Shown here piece after piece: positions 39,536 through 52,511 of a stretch of 64,000 nucleotides of DNA; positions within the stretch are counted from its first letter, which is position 1; the number at the start of each line of letters is the position of its first letter. The position numbers and the translations under genes are program-made. Below the pieces are notes generated by a model. It was not told where the DNA came from. It worked only from the letters and a program-made list of their open reading frames with translations, and did not search any database. The stretch covers positions 13,516,001-13,580,000 of the forward strand of contig OZ024743.1 in NCBI GenBank assembly GCA_964016885.1, in the 5' to 3' direction. Source of the DNA: Eledone cirrhosa (taxonomy: Eukaryota).

Positions 39536-41873
39536 TTCTGTGAGTACGCAGGTGAGACTCCAGAGTAACAAGACTTAACTATGATAAATGAATATTTAAA
39601 CTCTACTTCGGTATTGAGATTTTATTCTTACGTTCGTCAATAATTCCGGTATTCTCATGACTTGAATAATTATCCCTCACCTCCCGCTTATTATTTCGTC
39701 AGATTTTTCCACCACCCCCGGTTTTTATCCCACCCGCATTCTTGGACTTATGTTGGCATGTAAACAGAATAGAATCATATATTTTCACTACCTCTGACAG
39801 TTGGCAGGTAAGCAGAATACTGTACTGATGAACGGTAATCACCCAGAAATATTAATGCCTTCACTTTTGTCTACATGTCAACACAAGAGCAATAATGACG
39901 GAGTTATTCTACAGATACAGTTTAAAAAAAAAGGCGTTTGCATAATTTCAAATGAATCGAATATTATCGCATATTATCTCCCTGGAAAATACCTCTCTTG
40001 ATCTTTACGCCTCCCAAGGATTCTCCAGCTGATGTTAACTCTGTTTTCCAGGACTTCATACTTTTGCCCAACAACTGTCTGATGTTATCTGCCACCTTGA
40101 AGATCTCTAGGCTTTTGGGGATCCAAGAATGAGGCACCATGGCAAATGCCTTTTTGTAGTCTATCCATCCCATGGCAAGACCAGTGTGTCTCCTCTTGCA
40201 ATTCCTCATTACCATCTTATCAATAAGTAACTGGTCCTTTGTACTACGGGAATTCTTTCGGCATCCTTTCTGTTCGTCCGGTAACAAGTTGTTTGTGTGG
40301 AGGTGATGGTAGATTTCCTCAGACACAATGCTTGTCAACATTTTCCACATTACGGACAGACATGTAATAGGTCTATAGTTGGTAACATCATTACCCTTGA
40401 TTCGGTCTTTCATTACCAGAACTGTGGTACCTTTTGTCAACCACTCTGGTACCTCACCTGACATCAAGCAGTCATTGAACATGGTTGTCAGTTTCGGGTG
40501 GAGGGATGTTATATTTTTAATCCAATACCCCTGCACACCATCTGGGCCTGGTGATTTCCAGTTGGTTAGTTTTTTGGCCTGCCCCTTAAGAGTTTCAACT
40601 GTGATACTCAAATCAGTTTGTTGGTGTGCCTGTTCACTAATCTCCTTTTGTACTGTCTCAATCCACACTGCCTGGTCATTATGTTTAACATCCTGCTCCC
40701 ATATTCCTCTCCACAATGTCTTAGTTTGTTCCGCCTCAGGGATCAAGTGGTTGCCTCTTTCATTCCCTTCAAGCTGTCCAAACAACATCTTCTGGTTGTT
40801 GTCAAACATGCGGTTCTGTCTATACTGACTGACTCTGCTCTCGTATCGCCTAATTTTTGCACTCTTTGCTACAATGCGTTGCTTCAGTTCCTCTATGATA
40901 ATATTTAGCTTTTTCCTCCTAGATTTGTACTTTATTTCCAGTGTATTTTTAGTGTCTATGTTTTTTAGTGTCCAATTCAGTAGGGACTCAAGCTTTCCAA
41001 TGTCATTTCTCATTTCCCTGATTTGACCATTCAGTCGTTTCTTCCTCCAAGGTTCTGATCCTTCTTGTTTGTTGCTTTATCTCGCTTTTATGCCAAGTAA
41101 TTTCCTCACCGCATTTGCTGTTGCTTTGAGGATATTGTTGCACTGGTGAAGGCTCCTCGCCTCAAGGTATGGGATGACTTTGTTTACCTTAGCTGTTGTT
41201 TCTTTTAACTTTTTCCTGTCTACAAATCTTAGGTTCATAGGTTTCCCACTATCATTGTTCAATTCATCTACCACTAAGTTTAGCATATCAACCAAATCTC
41301 GTCCTAGCCCGTCGGCATTCATCTCCCCAATGGCCGTATCTCTGTTCCAGGTATTATTTATTTCAGCATTCAGATCATTGTTTGCTTCGGATGGTTCCTC
41401 CGTTCTCTCAACCTCTTCACCTTCATTTCCCACTGGGTCGTTCGCCTGGCATACTCCACTCTCCATTTCCAAACTGCTCAGTTCCCCCAGTTCCAGCTCG
41501 CTTATCCCCCCATTAGTCTTAGTACACGAGCCTGCCCGGCCAATTTTTGTTCATCTAATTTAAATAGACCAATCTCGTTCCAGATTTTATGTATCCGTTT
41601 CCTATAGCCATTCTCCTTGGGGTTACTCTTCAGGCAGGTAACATTGCATAGCAGTTCTATTTAATTCTTACGTCCAGTTGGTTCTGGTCCCTTTCCTTCT
41701 GTGAGAACGCAGGTGAGACTCCAGTGTAACAAGGCTTAACTATGATAAATGAATATTTAAACTCTACTTCGGTATTGAGATTTTATTCTTACGTTCGTCA
41801 ATAATTCCGGTATTCACATGACTTGAATAATTATCCCTCACCTCCCGCTTATTATTTCGTCAGATTTTTCCAC
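39536..41873. repeat. 177-bp direct repeats (39536-39712, 41697-41873) flanking an R4-like LINE fragment
   Basis: Near-identical repeats with few mismatches. A partial inverted copy at about 39452-39527 carries a degenerate HHR (CTGGTGA...GAAACTTTAGAGTA on the - strand). Confidence 0.9.
39975..41697 (-). mobile_element. Internal fragment of R4/Dong-like LINE family A (truncated at both ends)
   Basis: ORFs 39964-41013 and 41077-41472 are near-identical to the 43303-46810 copy: KSPGPDG, NYRPITCL, WIDYKKAF, ending at GIFQGD. Confidence 0.9.
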
Positions 41874-41879
41874 TCTATA

Positions 41880-42128
41880 TCAGCCTGTAGGTTGAGGTAA
41901 AGGAGAAGGAGAGGAAAGGAGTACAAACTCTTCGTACTCCTGGAGATGAGGGTTGCAAATTTTTTCGGGGGTAGTGTTACCCATATGAACTGTCTCCCCC
42001 TTTTGGGGAAAATCGACTAATTTTTTAAATTGCATTTGTGATAACATTTTACACGTTTTTATTGTATGTAAACTTCCCCCTTTGTATTTGTCCCCTTCTT
42101 TTGTGCCCCTGTGGCTAATAAAGAAACA
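41880..42128 (+). mobile_element. Probable 3' UTR remnant of an L1/Tx1-like LINE
   Basis: Ends CCCTGTGGCTAATAAAGAAAC, similar to the Tx1-like ends near 43275 and 52480. Confidence 0.4.
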
Positions 42129-42146
42129 TATCTATCTATCTATCTA

Positions 42147-42177
<31 letters not shown>

Positions 42178-42444
42178 CTCTGACTGCCGACATCTAAAAC
42201 TCGTATTCAGCTATTTCAATAGACGCTAAAAGGTTGTCGTATATACAGGTGTGTGTGTATGTTTATGGAATTGAATCCAATACCAGCTAGGAGCTTTAAA
42301 ACACTTAGCCTAGGGACCGTGGCAACCTTTTACTGTCTATTGAAATAGAAAGCTGAATACGAGCTTTCATATATCAGAACTCAGACAAACATACTGACTG
42401 CTTGACAGACAGACATCCGTATGTAAGCAAAGAATATAAATAGC

Positions 42445-42777
42445 GGATCTCTCGGATTTTAATCACTGAAGATACAGCGGTTGGTGTGCTTATGCGAAGA
42501 GATTCTATAAAATAGCTTATAAAATTTGGTGATGAGAATTAAAAGACGGAAGCCAAATTGTGATAGGCCGCTATAAGGAGTTGAACCCCTTATCTCTCAG
42601 ATCTCGATATAAGGGAGATAAGGGGTTCAATTCCTCACACGACCGATGGCACACTTTTCTCGTCTTTTAAAGGCCTTTACCCTATTTTATAAGATATTTT
42701 ATAGCATTTCTGGGCATGAGCACACCATTATTCATATTTAGTCAATACAATATTTTCAACATATCTGAGGAGCTCCC
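42445..42777. repeat. Imperfect ~330-bp palindrome (MITE-like)
   Basis: Nested complementary blocks: GGTGTGCTTATGC/GCATGAGCACACC, CTATAAAATA/TATTTTATAG, TTAAAAGACG/CGTCTTTTAA, TTGAACCCCTTATCTC/GAGATAAGGGGTTCAA. Confidence 0.7.
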
Positions 42778-42862
42778 GATTCCAGAGTCAGGATCGATCA
42801 TTAATAGATCTTTCCTCGAGCTGATTGGCAGTGCAACATAAGTAATACGTAATTGAATAAGT

Positions 42863-43280
42863 ATATGATACACTATTGATTGTTGGTGATGCCCTGATTA
42901 ACTTTTTCAAATTTCATTTGAAAAGGAAAATCAGGGTAGAGAGGGAAGTGCTCTCTTCCCAGCATTTTGTTGAAAGATGGGTGAGAGAGGCAGAATGGTC
43001 CGAGTGAATTGGCCTACGCTGAGTATATGCTTATAAATTGAAGGTGGAAGGACACATGCCCGTGTGGTCAGGCTCACCGTGGCTTTTTTAATGGGCTTTC
43101 TCCACGATGGCCCTCGGAAGTCTCCCCCCTATTGGGGATTTTTCATTGTTCTTTTTTTGTTACACCCTGTGTTTTTTTGTTTTTTTACACGCAGAAATGA
43201 CCATTTGCACCGCCCTGTATTGTCCTGTACTGTCCTTAATGTCTACTTTGTGTAAACCCTTGTGGTTTATAAAGAAAGCA
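42863..43280 (+). mobile_element. 3' end of an L1/Tx1-like LINE (ORF2 C-terminus + UTR) with (TTA)n tail
   Basis: ALINFFKFHLKRKIRVEREVLSSQHFVERWV. Homologous to 52068-52483. Confidence 0.7.
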
Positions 43281-43302
43281 TTGTTATTATTATTATTGTT
43301 GT

Positions 43303-46300
43303 TCTTTGAGTCTCAGTCATTGATGTTAGTTAACTGGAAAATTGTTGAAATGAATATCAAGCCACTACCAGCAGCCTCAGATTTTCAGGACGTATGGGAG
43401 GGTTCTTGCTGTTCCCAGCAAGCATGCCTTTTGAAGTGTTCCAAAAAGCGGGGCGGGGCCAATTTTCTTTAACCATCCCTGGAAAACTTTTGAGATAGTA
43501 CCTAATGCGCGCATGACAATCGGGATCACTTTGACTTCATGGCAGTTCCAAATCCTTCTTACCTCCCACTTTAAGTCCTGGTATCGCTTAATTTTCTCCC
43601 TCTCCTTCTCTTGCACTCTCGTGTCGAATGGACAGGCCACATCCACAATCAGGCACGATCCTTTTTCCTTGTCCAAAACCACCAGGTCAGGTCTATTGTG
43701 TTCCAGTTTCTTGTCCGTCTGTATCCTAAAATCCTACAGCACCTTCACCTGATCGTTTTCTATCACCGACTCTGGCTTATGCTCATACCACTTCTCAGAA
43801 TGTGGTAAATTGTTTACCTTGCATGGGTGCCATGGATCACCCTGCCCATCACATCATGTCTCCAGCCTTTATAGTTAGTCTGGGCTAGGTGTTTACACTC
43901 GGATACAATATGAGCCACAGTCTCCTCTCTCTCTCCACAGATTCTGCACAATGGGCTAGCCTCCTCCTTGTAAATATGGTGTTTCAACCACTTCGTTTTG
44001 AGGGCCTGCTCTTGCGCAGCCATTAGCATTCTTTCTGTAGCCTTTTTAAGGTCTCCTCTTTTCAACATGTCTGTGGATCTCTGAATTCAGTTTTCTCGAA
44101 GAAGGTACTATGAAGGGATTTTTCAAGAAGGCTGCTCTTTCTCCTTGTTGTTATTTCCTCCTTGGACATCCCCTGGTCTATTGTCCTCTCCTTCAGTACA
44201 ATTCTGAGCATTGGCTATTTACTATCAGTCACGTATTTGTGTAGGTTGTTTTTCTCCATCTGAACACAGTCCTCTATGCTGATAAGATCTCTTCCACCCT
44301 CAGATCTCCTTAAGTAGAGTCTATCGACATCACTCCTCTTGTGGAACATGTAGATAGTCAATAGCTTCCTAGTCATCTTATCTATTTCTTTTTGTTCAGC
44401 AACATTCCATTTCAGAATTCCCGCACTGTACCTAATAATAGACACAGCTCGGGAATTTACTGCACTTATGGCATTCCTACTGTTCAGATGTGACTTTAAT
44501 ACGGTCCTTACGCTCCGAATGTATTCAGATCTTATCAATTCCTTCATTTTTTTGTTCTTGATGTCATCATACTTGTATCCTTCTTCAGTGTCAATTTCCT
44601 TTATCATCTCACCTGTTGGTACCTGGATTCCGTTGCTTCTGCTCAATTTACCCCTCATCATCACAAGGACTCCACACTTACTAATACCAAATTGCATACA
44701 TATATCATTGCTAAAAATACGGACAGTGTCAACAAGCACACCCAACTCCTTCTCACTCTTCACTAAGAGCTTAAGATCGTCCATGAAGAGGAGGTGATTG
44801 ATGGTAAGCTCTCCCTTTCCCAACTTGTATCCTGCTCTCACTTTTCGCAGTATAATGGTCAGGGGCATCAGGGCAAGTACAAACAACAGATGGGACAGAC
44901 TATATCCCTGGAAGATACCTCTCTTGATCTTCACCTCTCCCAAGGATTCTGCAGCTGATGTTAACTCTGTTTTCCAGGACTTCATACTTTTGCCCAACAA
45001 CTGTCTGATGTTATCTGCCACCTTGAATATCTCTAGGATTTTGGTGATCCAAGAATGAGGCACCATGTCAAATGCCATTTTGTAGTCTATCCATCCCATG
45101 GCAAGACCAGTGTGACTCCTCTTGCAATTCCTCATTACCATCTTATCAATAAGTAACTGGTCCTTTGTACCACGGGACGTCTTTCTGCATCCTTTCTGTT
45201 CGTCCGGTAACAAGTTGTTTGTGTGGAAGTGATGGTAGATTTCCTCAGACATAATGCTTGTCAACAGTTTCCACATTACGGACATACATGCGATAGGTCT
45301 ATAGTTGGTAACATCATTACTCTTGATTCGGTCTTTCATTACCAGAACTGTGGTACCTTTTGTCAACCACTCCGGTACCTCACCTGACATCAAGCAGTCA
45401 TTGAACATGGTTGTTAGTTTCGGGTGGAGGGTTGTTATATTTTTAATCCAATACCCCTGCACACCATCTGGGCCTGGTGATTTCCAGTTGGTTAGTTTTT
45501 TGGCCTGCCCCTTAAGAGTTTCAACTGTGATACTCAAATCAGTTTGTTGGTGTACCTGCTCACCGATCTCCTTTTGTACTGTCTCAATCCACACTGCCTG
45601 GTCATTATGTTTAACATCCTGCTCCCATATTCCTCTCCAGAATGTCTTAGTTTGTTCCGGCTCAGGCATCAAGTGGTTGCCTCTTTCATTCCCTTCAAGC
45701 TGTCCAAACAACATCTTCTGGTTGTTGTCAAACATGCGGTTCTGTCTATACTGACTGACTCTGCTCTCGTATCGCCTAATATTTAGCTTTTTCCTCCTAG
45801 TTTTGTACTTTATTTCCAGTCTATTTTTAGTGTCTATGTTTTTTAGTGTCCCATTCAGTAGGCACCCAAGCTTTCCAATGTCATTTCTCATTTCCCTGGT
45901 TTGACCATTTAGTCGTTTCTTCCTCCAAGGTTCTGATCTTTCTTGTTTGTTGTTTCCTCTCGCTTTTATGCCAAGTAATTTCCTCACCGCATTTGCTGTT
46001 GCTTTGAGGATATTGTTGCACTGGTGAAGGCTCCTCGCCTCAAGGTATGGAATGACTTTGTTTACCTTAGCTGTTGTTTCTTTTAACTTTTTCCTGTCTA
46101 CAAATCATAGGTTTATTGGTTTCCCACTATCATTGTCCAATTCATCTACCACTAAGTTTAGGATATCAACCGTCAGCATTCATCTCCTCAATGGCCGTAT
46201 CTTTGTTCCATGTATTATTTATTTCAGCATTCAGATCATTGTCTGCTTCGGATGGTTCCTCCGTTCTCTCAACCTCTTCACTTTCATTTCCCACTGACTC

Positions 46301-46810
46301 GTTTGCCTGGCATACTCCACTCTCCATTTCCAACCTAATCTCTCTGCTCAGTTCCTCCAGTACCAGCTCGCTTATCCACCCATTAGTTCTTATTACCCAA
46401 GCCTGCCCGGCCAATTTTTGTTGATCTAATTTAAATAGACTAATCTCGTTCCAGATGTTATGCATCCGTTTCCTATAGCCTTTCTCCTTGGGGTTACTCT
46501 TCAGGTAACATTGCATAACAGTTCTATTCACTTCTTTCGTCCAGTTCGTTCTGGTCCCTTTCCTTCTTCTTCTTCCTCCGACAACAGCAGTATTTGGTTG
46601 ACAGCCAGGTCCCTGCTGCTGAGCCAGGGAGCACCTGTTGGGTGACAGTCTGTCACATGACATTCCAGTCTCCACTTCACCGTTATTCGAACTGTTTAGG
46701 TTCGACATTTAAACACTCTTATCGAGGATTGGTGAATGTATGGTTACATAACCACCGGTGATTTCATCACCCCCGGTGATTTTAGTGTGGCACTATCACG
46801 CTGTAGACGA
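43303..46810 (-). mobile_element. Near full-length R4/Dong-like non-LTR retrotransposon (family A), ORF 46708-43377 broken by frameshifts and stops
   Basis: RT (FMDD, GIFQG), CCHC knuckle CRICGEREETVAHIVSEC, RHD, restriction-like endonuclease RPDLVV..IVDVACPFD..EKEREK..RY. 3' end in (TAA)n. Confidence 0.92.
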
Positions 46811-47636
46811 AGATAAATAAACAAACAAACAAATAGGTAAAAAAAACGCAAAAAGAATAAGCATAAGTTTCATTGTAATGTAATGTTCGAATGTCTGACT
46901 TAGTTTTTTTTTCCTTCTCTGTCAGTTTGTTTTTCTTTTCATTTTTCTTTTCTTTATGTTTTTCGTTGTTTCTGTGCTGTTTTGATTTTGATTTTTGGTT
47001 TTATGATTTTTTGACAGGGTCATCAAATCAGTCTATTTATATCTTTTGATGCCTTCCTCTTTTAGTGGGGACACTACAATGCATCTCTTAGCAGGAGGTA
47101 GTGGGAGAGAATAGCGGCGGTAGTGATAATGAAGCAGTGGTGGTGGTGGTCGTGCTGTGCTAGTAGTACTTAGTAGGAGGTAGTGGGAGAGAATAGCGGC
47201 GGTAGCGATAATGAGGAAGTGGTGGTGGTTATGTGATCGTAGTACTGTAGTGATGGTGTTGAAGTTGAAGTAGAAATAGAAGTTGAGGTAACATGACTAG
47301 AGCTTCAGGCGTGGTAGTGGTGATGGTGGCGGTCGTGGTGTTGGTGGTGAAATGACTTGCCTGTCTGTCCACTTAGCCATTTTCTCTTTTTCGACTCTAA
47401 TATTTCTGATCCAAAATTAAATATTAAATATTGGGGCCCTATGGCGTAAAGTGATGCGTTATGGCTTGCTGAGCGTAACAAATGTAATCTTATACTTCAT
47501 TTGTAATAAGAATTATTCTATCATAGTTGTTTTAAATAAGTAAAAATCAAAAACTTGCGAGAGCGATTCCATAACGATATATATCCACCATGTGCGTTTT
47601 CTTCTTCTTCTTCTTCTTCTTCTTCTTCTTCTTCTT

Positions 47637-47696
<60 letters not shown>

Positions 47697-47988
47697 TGCA
47701 TTTATCTTGCTTTATGTTTATACGAGTTATCACCAAGTCACAACCAGTGACCTCAAGAGACAACAAGGTCCGCCATGTTCAAGAAAGAACACACATATTC
47801 ACACATGCATCCTTAGTGTTTAGACTTGTGATGTACTTATATTGACAGGATCTTCCTTAGTATATGGGCAGTTCCCATTAGTACTATCTTTTGTATTTCT
47901 CCTATACGCGGGTTTCCTGGGATTTGCGATAAGTAGTCGTTAGACCCTTTAGGTATCATTCCCAGAGCGCCTACAACCACTGGTATTG

Positions 47989-47992
<4 letters not shown>
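47697..47992 (-). mobile_element. 3'-terminal fragment of an R4/Dong-like LINE between (TAA)n tracts
   Basis: Minus strand KTIPVVVGALGMIPKGSNDYLSQIPGNPRIGEIQKIVLMGTAHILRKILSI* plus a short UTR. Confidence 0.85.
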
Positions 47993-48035
<43 letters not shown>

Positions 48036-48250
48036 GAATGCTATGGTTGACGGAGGCTCGGCTCTGTAAGGTATTGTAAATTTTGACCGCTATAACAATT
48101 GTAAATTGTTTAAAACTTTAACCAACTTGTAGACAAAAACACCCTCCTCCTCGTGAGAGGGGTCTTTCTGCCCGTTATTTGGCCCTTCAGGTTAAATAAC
48201 TGCTTATTGGGGTTTTGTGCCCAATATTTATTTTAAACAAAAAAAACAAC

Positions 48251-50075
48251 ATGGCTACGAAAAATAATTTTCATAGGTCACTCCCACTCATTCCGTCTTC
48301 TTCTTCCTCAATCGTCACTACAGCAGAGAGAAGATTGTCTCTCTCCCTCCCTTCTTTAAATGTGTCTCTCTCCCTCCCTTCTCTTTCGCAAGCGACGACA
48401 GAAAAGAAAAGTCTCGTGCAAAGCGTGCAAGATTTCTCCACGACGACGACGACAACGACGAAACAGGTGTGCGGGAAATACGAAAACCCATTTCATTCGT
48501 CTGACGTCAGGAATAATAGCAGTAGCAGCCGTAATAACAACAGCAACAGTGACAATGAAAACGACAGTAGCAGCCGCAACAGCATCAGCAGTAGCATAAA
48601 CAACAACAGCATTAGCAGCAGCAACAACAACAACAACCACAGCAACAGCGGCAGTGGCAGTAGTCGTAGTACCTGCAGCAACAACAAAAGTAACAGCAGC
48701 TCTGACGACAACAACAACAGCAGCAAAGAAAAACCAATCTCGTTTGCAGGTATCGCGAAGAACCTGGAAACAATCCTCATAACAAATGAGGAATTAGAGG
48801 AAGCGAAGAAGATGGTGACAAAGAACGGACACCGAGCAATCTGCAAGGCAGCGGAAACATTTTTCGAAACCCAACAGCATTGTACGGTCACGTACCGTAC
48901 AGTAAGTACAAAATCCCGTAGGGTTGAAAGAGCCAGAGAGGCTCAAATACAAAAAGCCTTGGGGTCTGTGTGGCAGCGGAAAAACGCACATCACCCGAGG
49001 CAAAAAATATGCCACCGTAGATCTACTTTTTGCCACACCCCAGGAGGCAAAGGCTCAATCCGTAGTGACCCTAAGGAGCGAGGAAATGGTGTTGGTGCCC
49101 TCCTACTGCGGGCAAAAAATTGTGAGGGTCAAACTAACCCACGTCCCCCCCCCCCCCGGGATAGCCTCTTCTTGGCTGGCCGCGTCTGTCCTCGTCGGAA
49201 TCGAGGACAAAACCACTGTACTGCAAGTACAGAAAAAAGTAAGAGAAGATTGGGTCGGCACCTCCATTGAAATGTTAATCCAAACCAACCAGGAGTGCAT
49301 CGAAGCTATCCCGGATGTGATAGACTTCGATAAGGGCATTCAACTGCCCATAAGTGTTGTGGGCAAACGCCCGAAATGCTTTCGCTGTGGATCGAAGACT
49401 CACCTCAGGGCCTTCTGCAACGAGAAGACCCTGAGAAAGGAGAAAACCCCCCTCCTTCCGAAACCGGCTCCACGGCTACCAGCAACAGGACAAGCGGCAA
49501 CCAGGAACGATAGGTCCGTGGCACCCATACCCACGCCACGGAAATCAAAAACAGCAGCAGCAGTGGAAATATTAACAACAATAACAGCAATACCAAATGC
49601 AGCTGCAACAGAGACTCCAGTGCAAACATCACCAACAACAACAAGTGAAAGAGTGGAGCTGGTACCCCTCCCCGACCTCACAGAATCAGACATGGAGTGC
49701 GAGGTGGGAGAGGGATGGCAACAGGTCGTAAGAAGGCACAAACGCAGAAGCAGCGCATCGTCGCCTTTGAAAAGGGAGGAAAGAAATGAAAAAAGGGTAA
49801 AGTCTACTGCAAAGAGACTCACAGCAGCAACACCAGCAACACCATCACCACCCACACTAGCACCACCATCACCACCGGCGACAACCCCACCGCCAACAAC
49901 ACCTTCACCACCACAAGCACCAACATCGCAAACACAACAACAAAACACACAGACCCAGCAACAACGACAAGAAAATAGCCGAACCACACCCCACCCCCAG
50001 AAAAACAAATGCACGGCAATAAATACACATAACAATAAACTAATGACTTACATAATTGAACACACAGACATTTGA
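48251..50075 (+). pseudogene. ORF1 (gag-like, CCHC knuckle KCFRCGSKTHLRAFC), frameshifted near 48970
   Basis: Two overlapping ORFs (48215-49270 and 48924-50075) join into one ORF1-like protein with S/N-rich and P/T-rich linkers. Confidence 0.75.
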
Positions 50076-50387
50076 CAACACGACTACATAATACCAGCAT
50101 CAATCAAAACGCCAACTAACATAAGACTGCTAAAAATAGCACAGAAACAATACACAAACATTAAAACGAAATTCCCCAACGCAGTTGGTGATTTCAGGGA
50201 CCTAGGAGGAACTATCCACCGAAGAGTATATTCGGACATACTCATAGAAGAGCCGAAGACCAGCCGAAGGGACGATTCAACGGTACCTTCACCAGGCGAT
50301 CAAGTGAAAAAGGGATGTTAAAACCATCCCTCCTCTACGAAAAGTACGGTAAGTGGTCTTTCCCATCTTTTCCACTCTATTTTAAAC

Positions 50388-52070
50388 ATGACCTCACTCA
50401 GAATAGGCAGCATAAATGAGCGTGGCTTGGGGTCGTCATGGTAGCAGGGTCACCTGCTCAACGACCTCAGGTCACTAAACATAGATGTAGTGGCCATCAG
50501 CGAGACCAGAATCTCCGAAGCACGAGCCTTCGCACCGATCTTCGGCGGCTACGATGTGTACGCATCTCCCAGCCGTCCTGGATCGGGGGGAAAGGAGTTG
50601 CTGCGCTTTTTAGGAGAGGTGTGGTTCTCACCATACGGGCCATCTTCCTGGACCCAGAGGGTAAATTGGTGGTGCTGGACGTGACCAGCGGAGACGGGCA
50701 AGCTTTCAGGCTAGTGGCCGTCTATGCCCCGACTGGAGCAGGGCGGCCTGATTTCTTCCGGCGTCTGGAGACCTTTCTTGGAACGTCCTGCTCTTTAGTG
50801 TTAGTGGGCGACTGCAACGGGATCTTAGATGCACGCTGGAACTGTGTGGGATTAGCGGATAGGGGTGGAGGGTGCAAGAGCCTCACCAACCTGCTCAGGC
50901 GTTTTGAACTCTCTGACAGGTACCGATTGGATTTCCCTAATGTGCCAATGTGGACTTGGACAAATCGCATAGGCTCATCCAGATCATATCTAGATAGAGT
51001 ATTTTGTAGGGAAATAGATAGGTCTAGCATAGGCTGTCCACAATTGAAGATAGTCAGCTACACGGACCACAAATTCGTGATCTGTGTGCTTGACTTAGAT
51101 AGGCTTCATAGACGAGGACCCGGCTACTGGAAGCTAAACGCGTCCTTACCAGCGAGCAAGGCCTACAGAGACCGGATTAGCGAACTAGTTAACCGGGCGT
51201 TGACGGGGTCCATCGTCAACAACAAGTGGTGGTTTGCTCTGAAAAGAGCAATTAGAATAGAGTCCATTAGATTTAGTAAGGCTTTAGCAATAGAGAAAAA
51301 TAGAGCAGAGGGAGAATTAGTTCGAAAATTAGACGAGGCGCTTAACAAAGGCATCGCGACCGACGTACTTGCGGCAAAATTGGCCCTTGACTAATTCTTC
51401 AATGCAAAGCACGAAGGCTGCGTTATCAGAGCTAGGGTGCGTGCTGCCAAACACGAGGGGACGAAAGCCGTTCAATGGGCCCGAGTGGTGGAGGCGCGTC
51501 GTGGCAACAAAGCTACGATCCGGTCTTTGGTGGACCACGACGGGCGCATGTTACTCGATCCCGGGCAAATGTGTGAAGCTTTTCAGCGACACTGCGCTCA
51601 GTTGTTCGGGGGCAGCGGCGGGCCGGGTCGAGGGATGGAGTTTATTGTCTACCTCGGCGGACTGCCGCGGCTCTCGGCCACTGAGGTGGAGTATGGCGAA
51701 AAGCCGATAACAGCCGCTGAAGTACGGGAGGCAATGACTAGCTGCACAAGGGGTAAATCGCCTGATTTGGATGGTCTGCCCTATGAACTTTACGTACAGA
51801 TGCCAGACTTGTTCGGTGGCCTCTTGGCGGACGTCTACTGCAACTGGCAACAGAACGGGAGAGTTCCCAGCTCTGTGAGCCGAGGAGCTGTGGCGCTGCT
51901 GAGAAAGGATCCGAACAAGGGGGATAACATAGATAATTTTATGCCCATAACTCTGCTAAACACAGCGTTCAAGATTTTGGCCAAGGTACTAGCAAAGAGG
52001 TTGGCGCTTGTCGTTGGTGGTCTGGTGGGAGAGGCGCAGACATGCGCCATTCCCGACAGATCCATCCATA
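50388..52070 (+). pseudogene. ORF2 N-terminal part: AP endonuclease and start of RT
   Basis: MTSLRIGSINERGL..VVAISETR, VYAP, GDCN, YLDRV, YTDH, GPGYWKLN, KSPDLDGLPYE, PITLLN..FKILAKVLAKRL, QTCAIP. In-frame stops and a frameshift are present. Confidence 0.9.
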
Positions 52071-52511
52071 TGATACAATATTGATTGTTGGTGATGCCTT
52101 GATTAACTTTTTATTTGAAAAGGAAAATCAGAGTAGAGAGGGAAGTGCTCTCTTCCCAGCATTTTGTTGAAAGATGGGTGAGAGAAGCAAGAATGGCCCG
52201 ACTGAATGGGCCTACTCTGAGTACGTATCTGTAAATTAAAGGTAGAAAACTGGGAGAAGGCACTTGCCTTGGTGGTCAGGGTCACTGTGGCCTTTTACTG
52301 GGCTTTCTCCACAAAGGTCCCTCCGAAGTCTCCCCCCTATTGGGGAATTTTTCATTGTTTTTTTTTGTTACATCCTCTGTTTTTGTTTTTTACACGCAGA
52401 AATGCCCATTTGTACCGTACTGTATTATCCTGAACTGTCGTTAATGTCTACTTTATGTAAACCCTTGTGGTTAATAAAGAAATCATTATTATTATTATTA
52501 TTGTTATTACT

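Larger units (their letters stand above)
48036..52483 (+). mobile_element. L1/Tx1-clade LINE (ORF1 + ORF2) in (TTA)n, with most of the RT deleted at about 52068
   Basis: ORF1 with zinc knuckle, APE endonuclease, RT start, then an abrupt jump to the ORF2 C-terminus/UTR and AATAAA. Confidence 0.85.
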
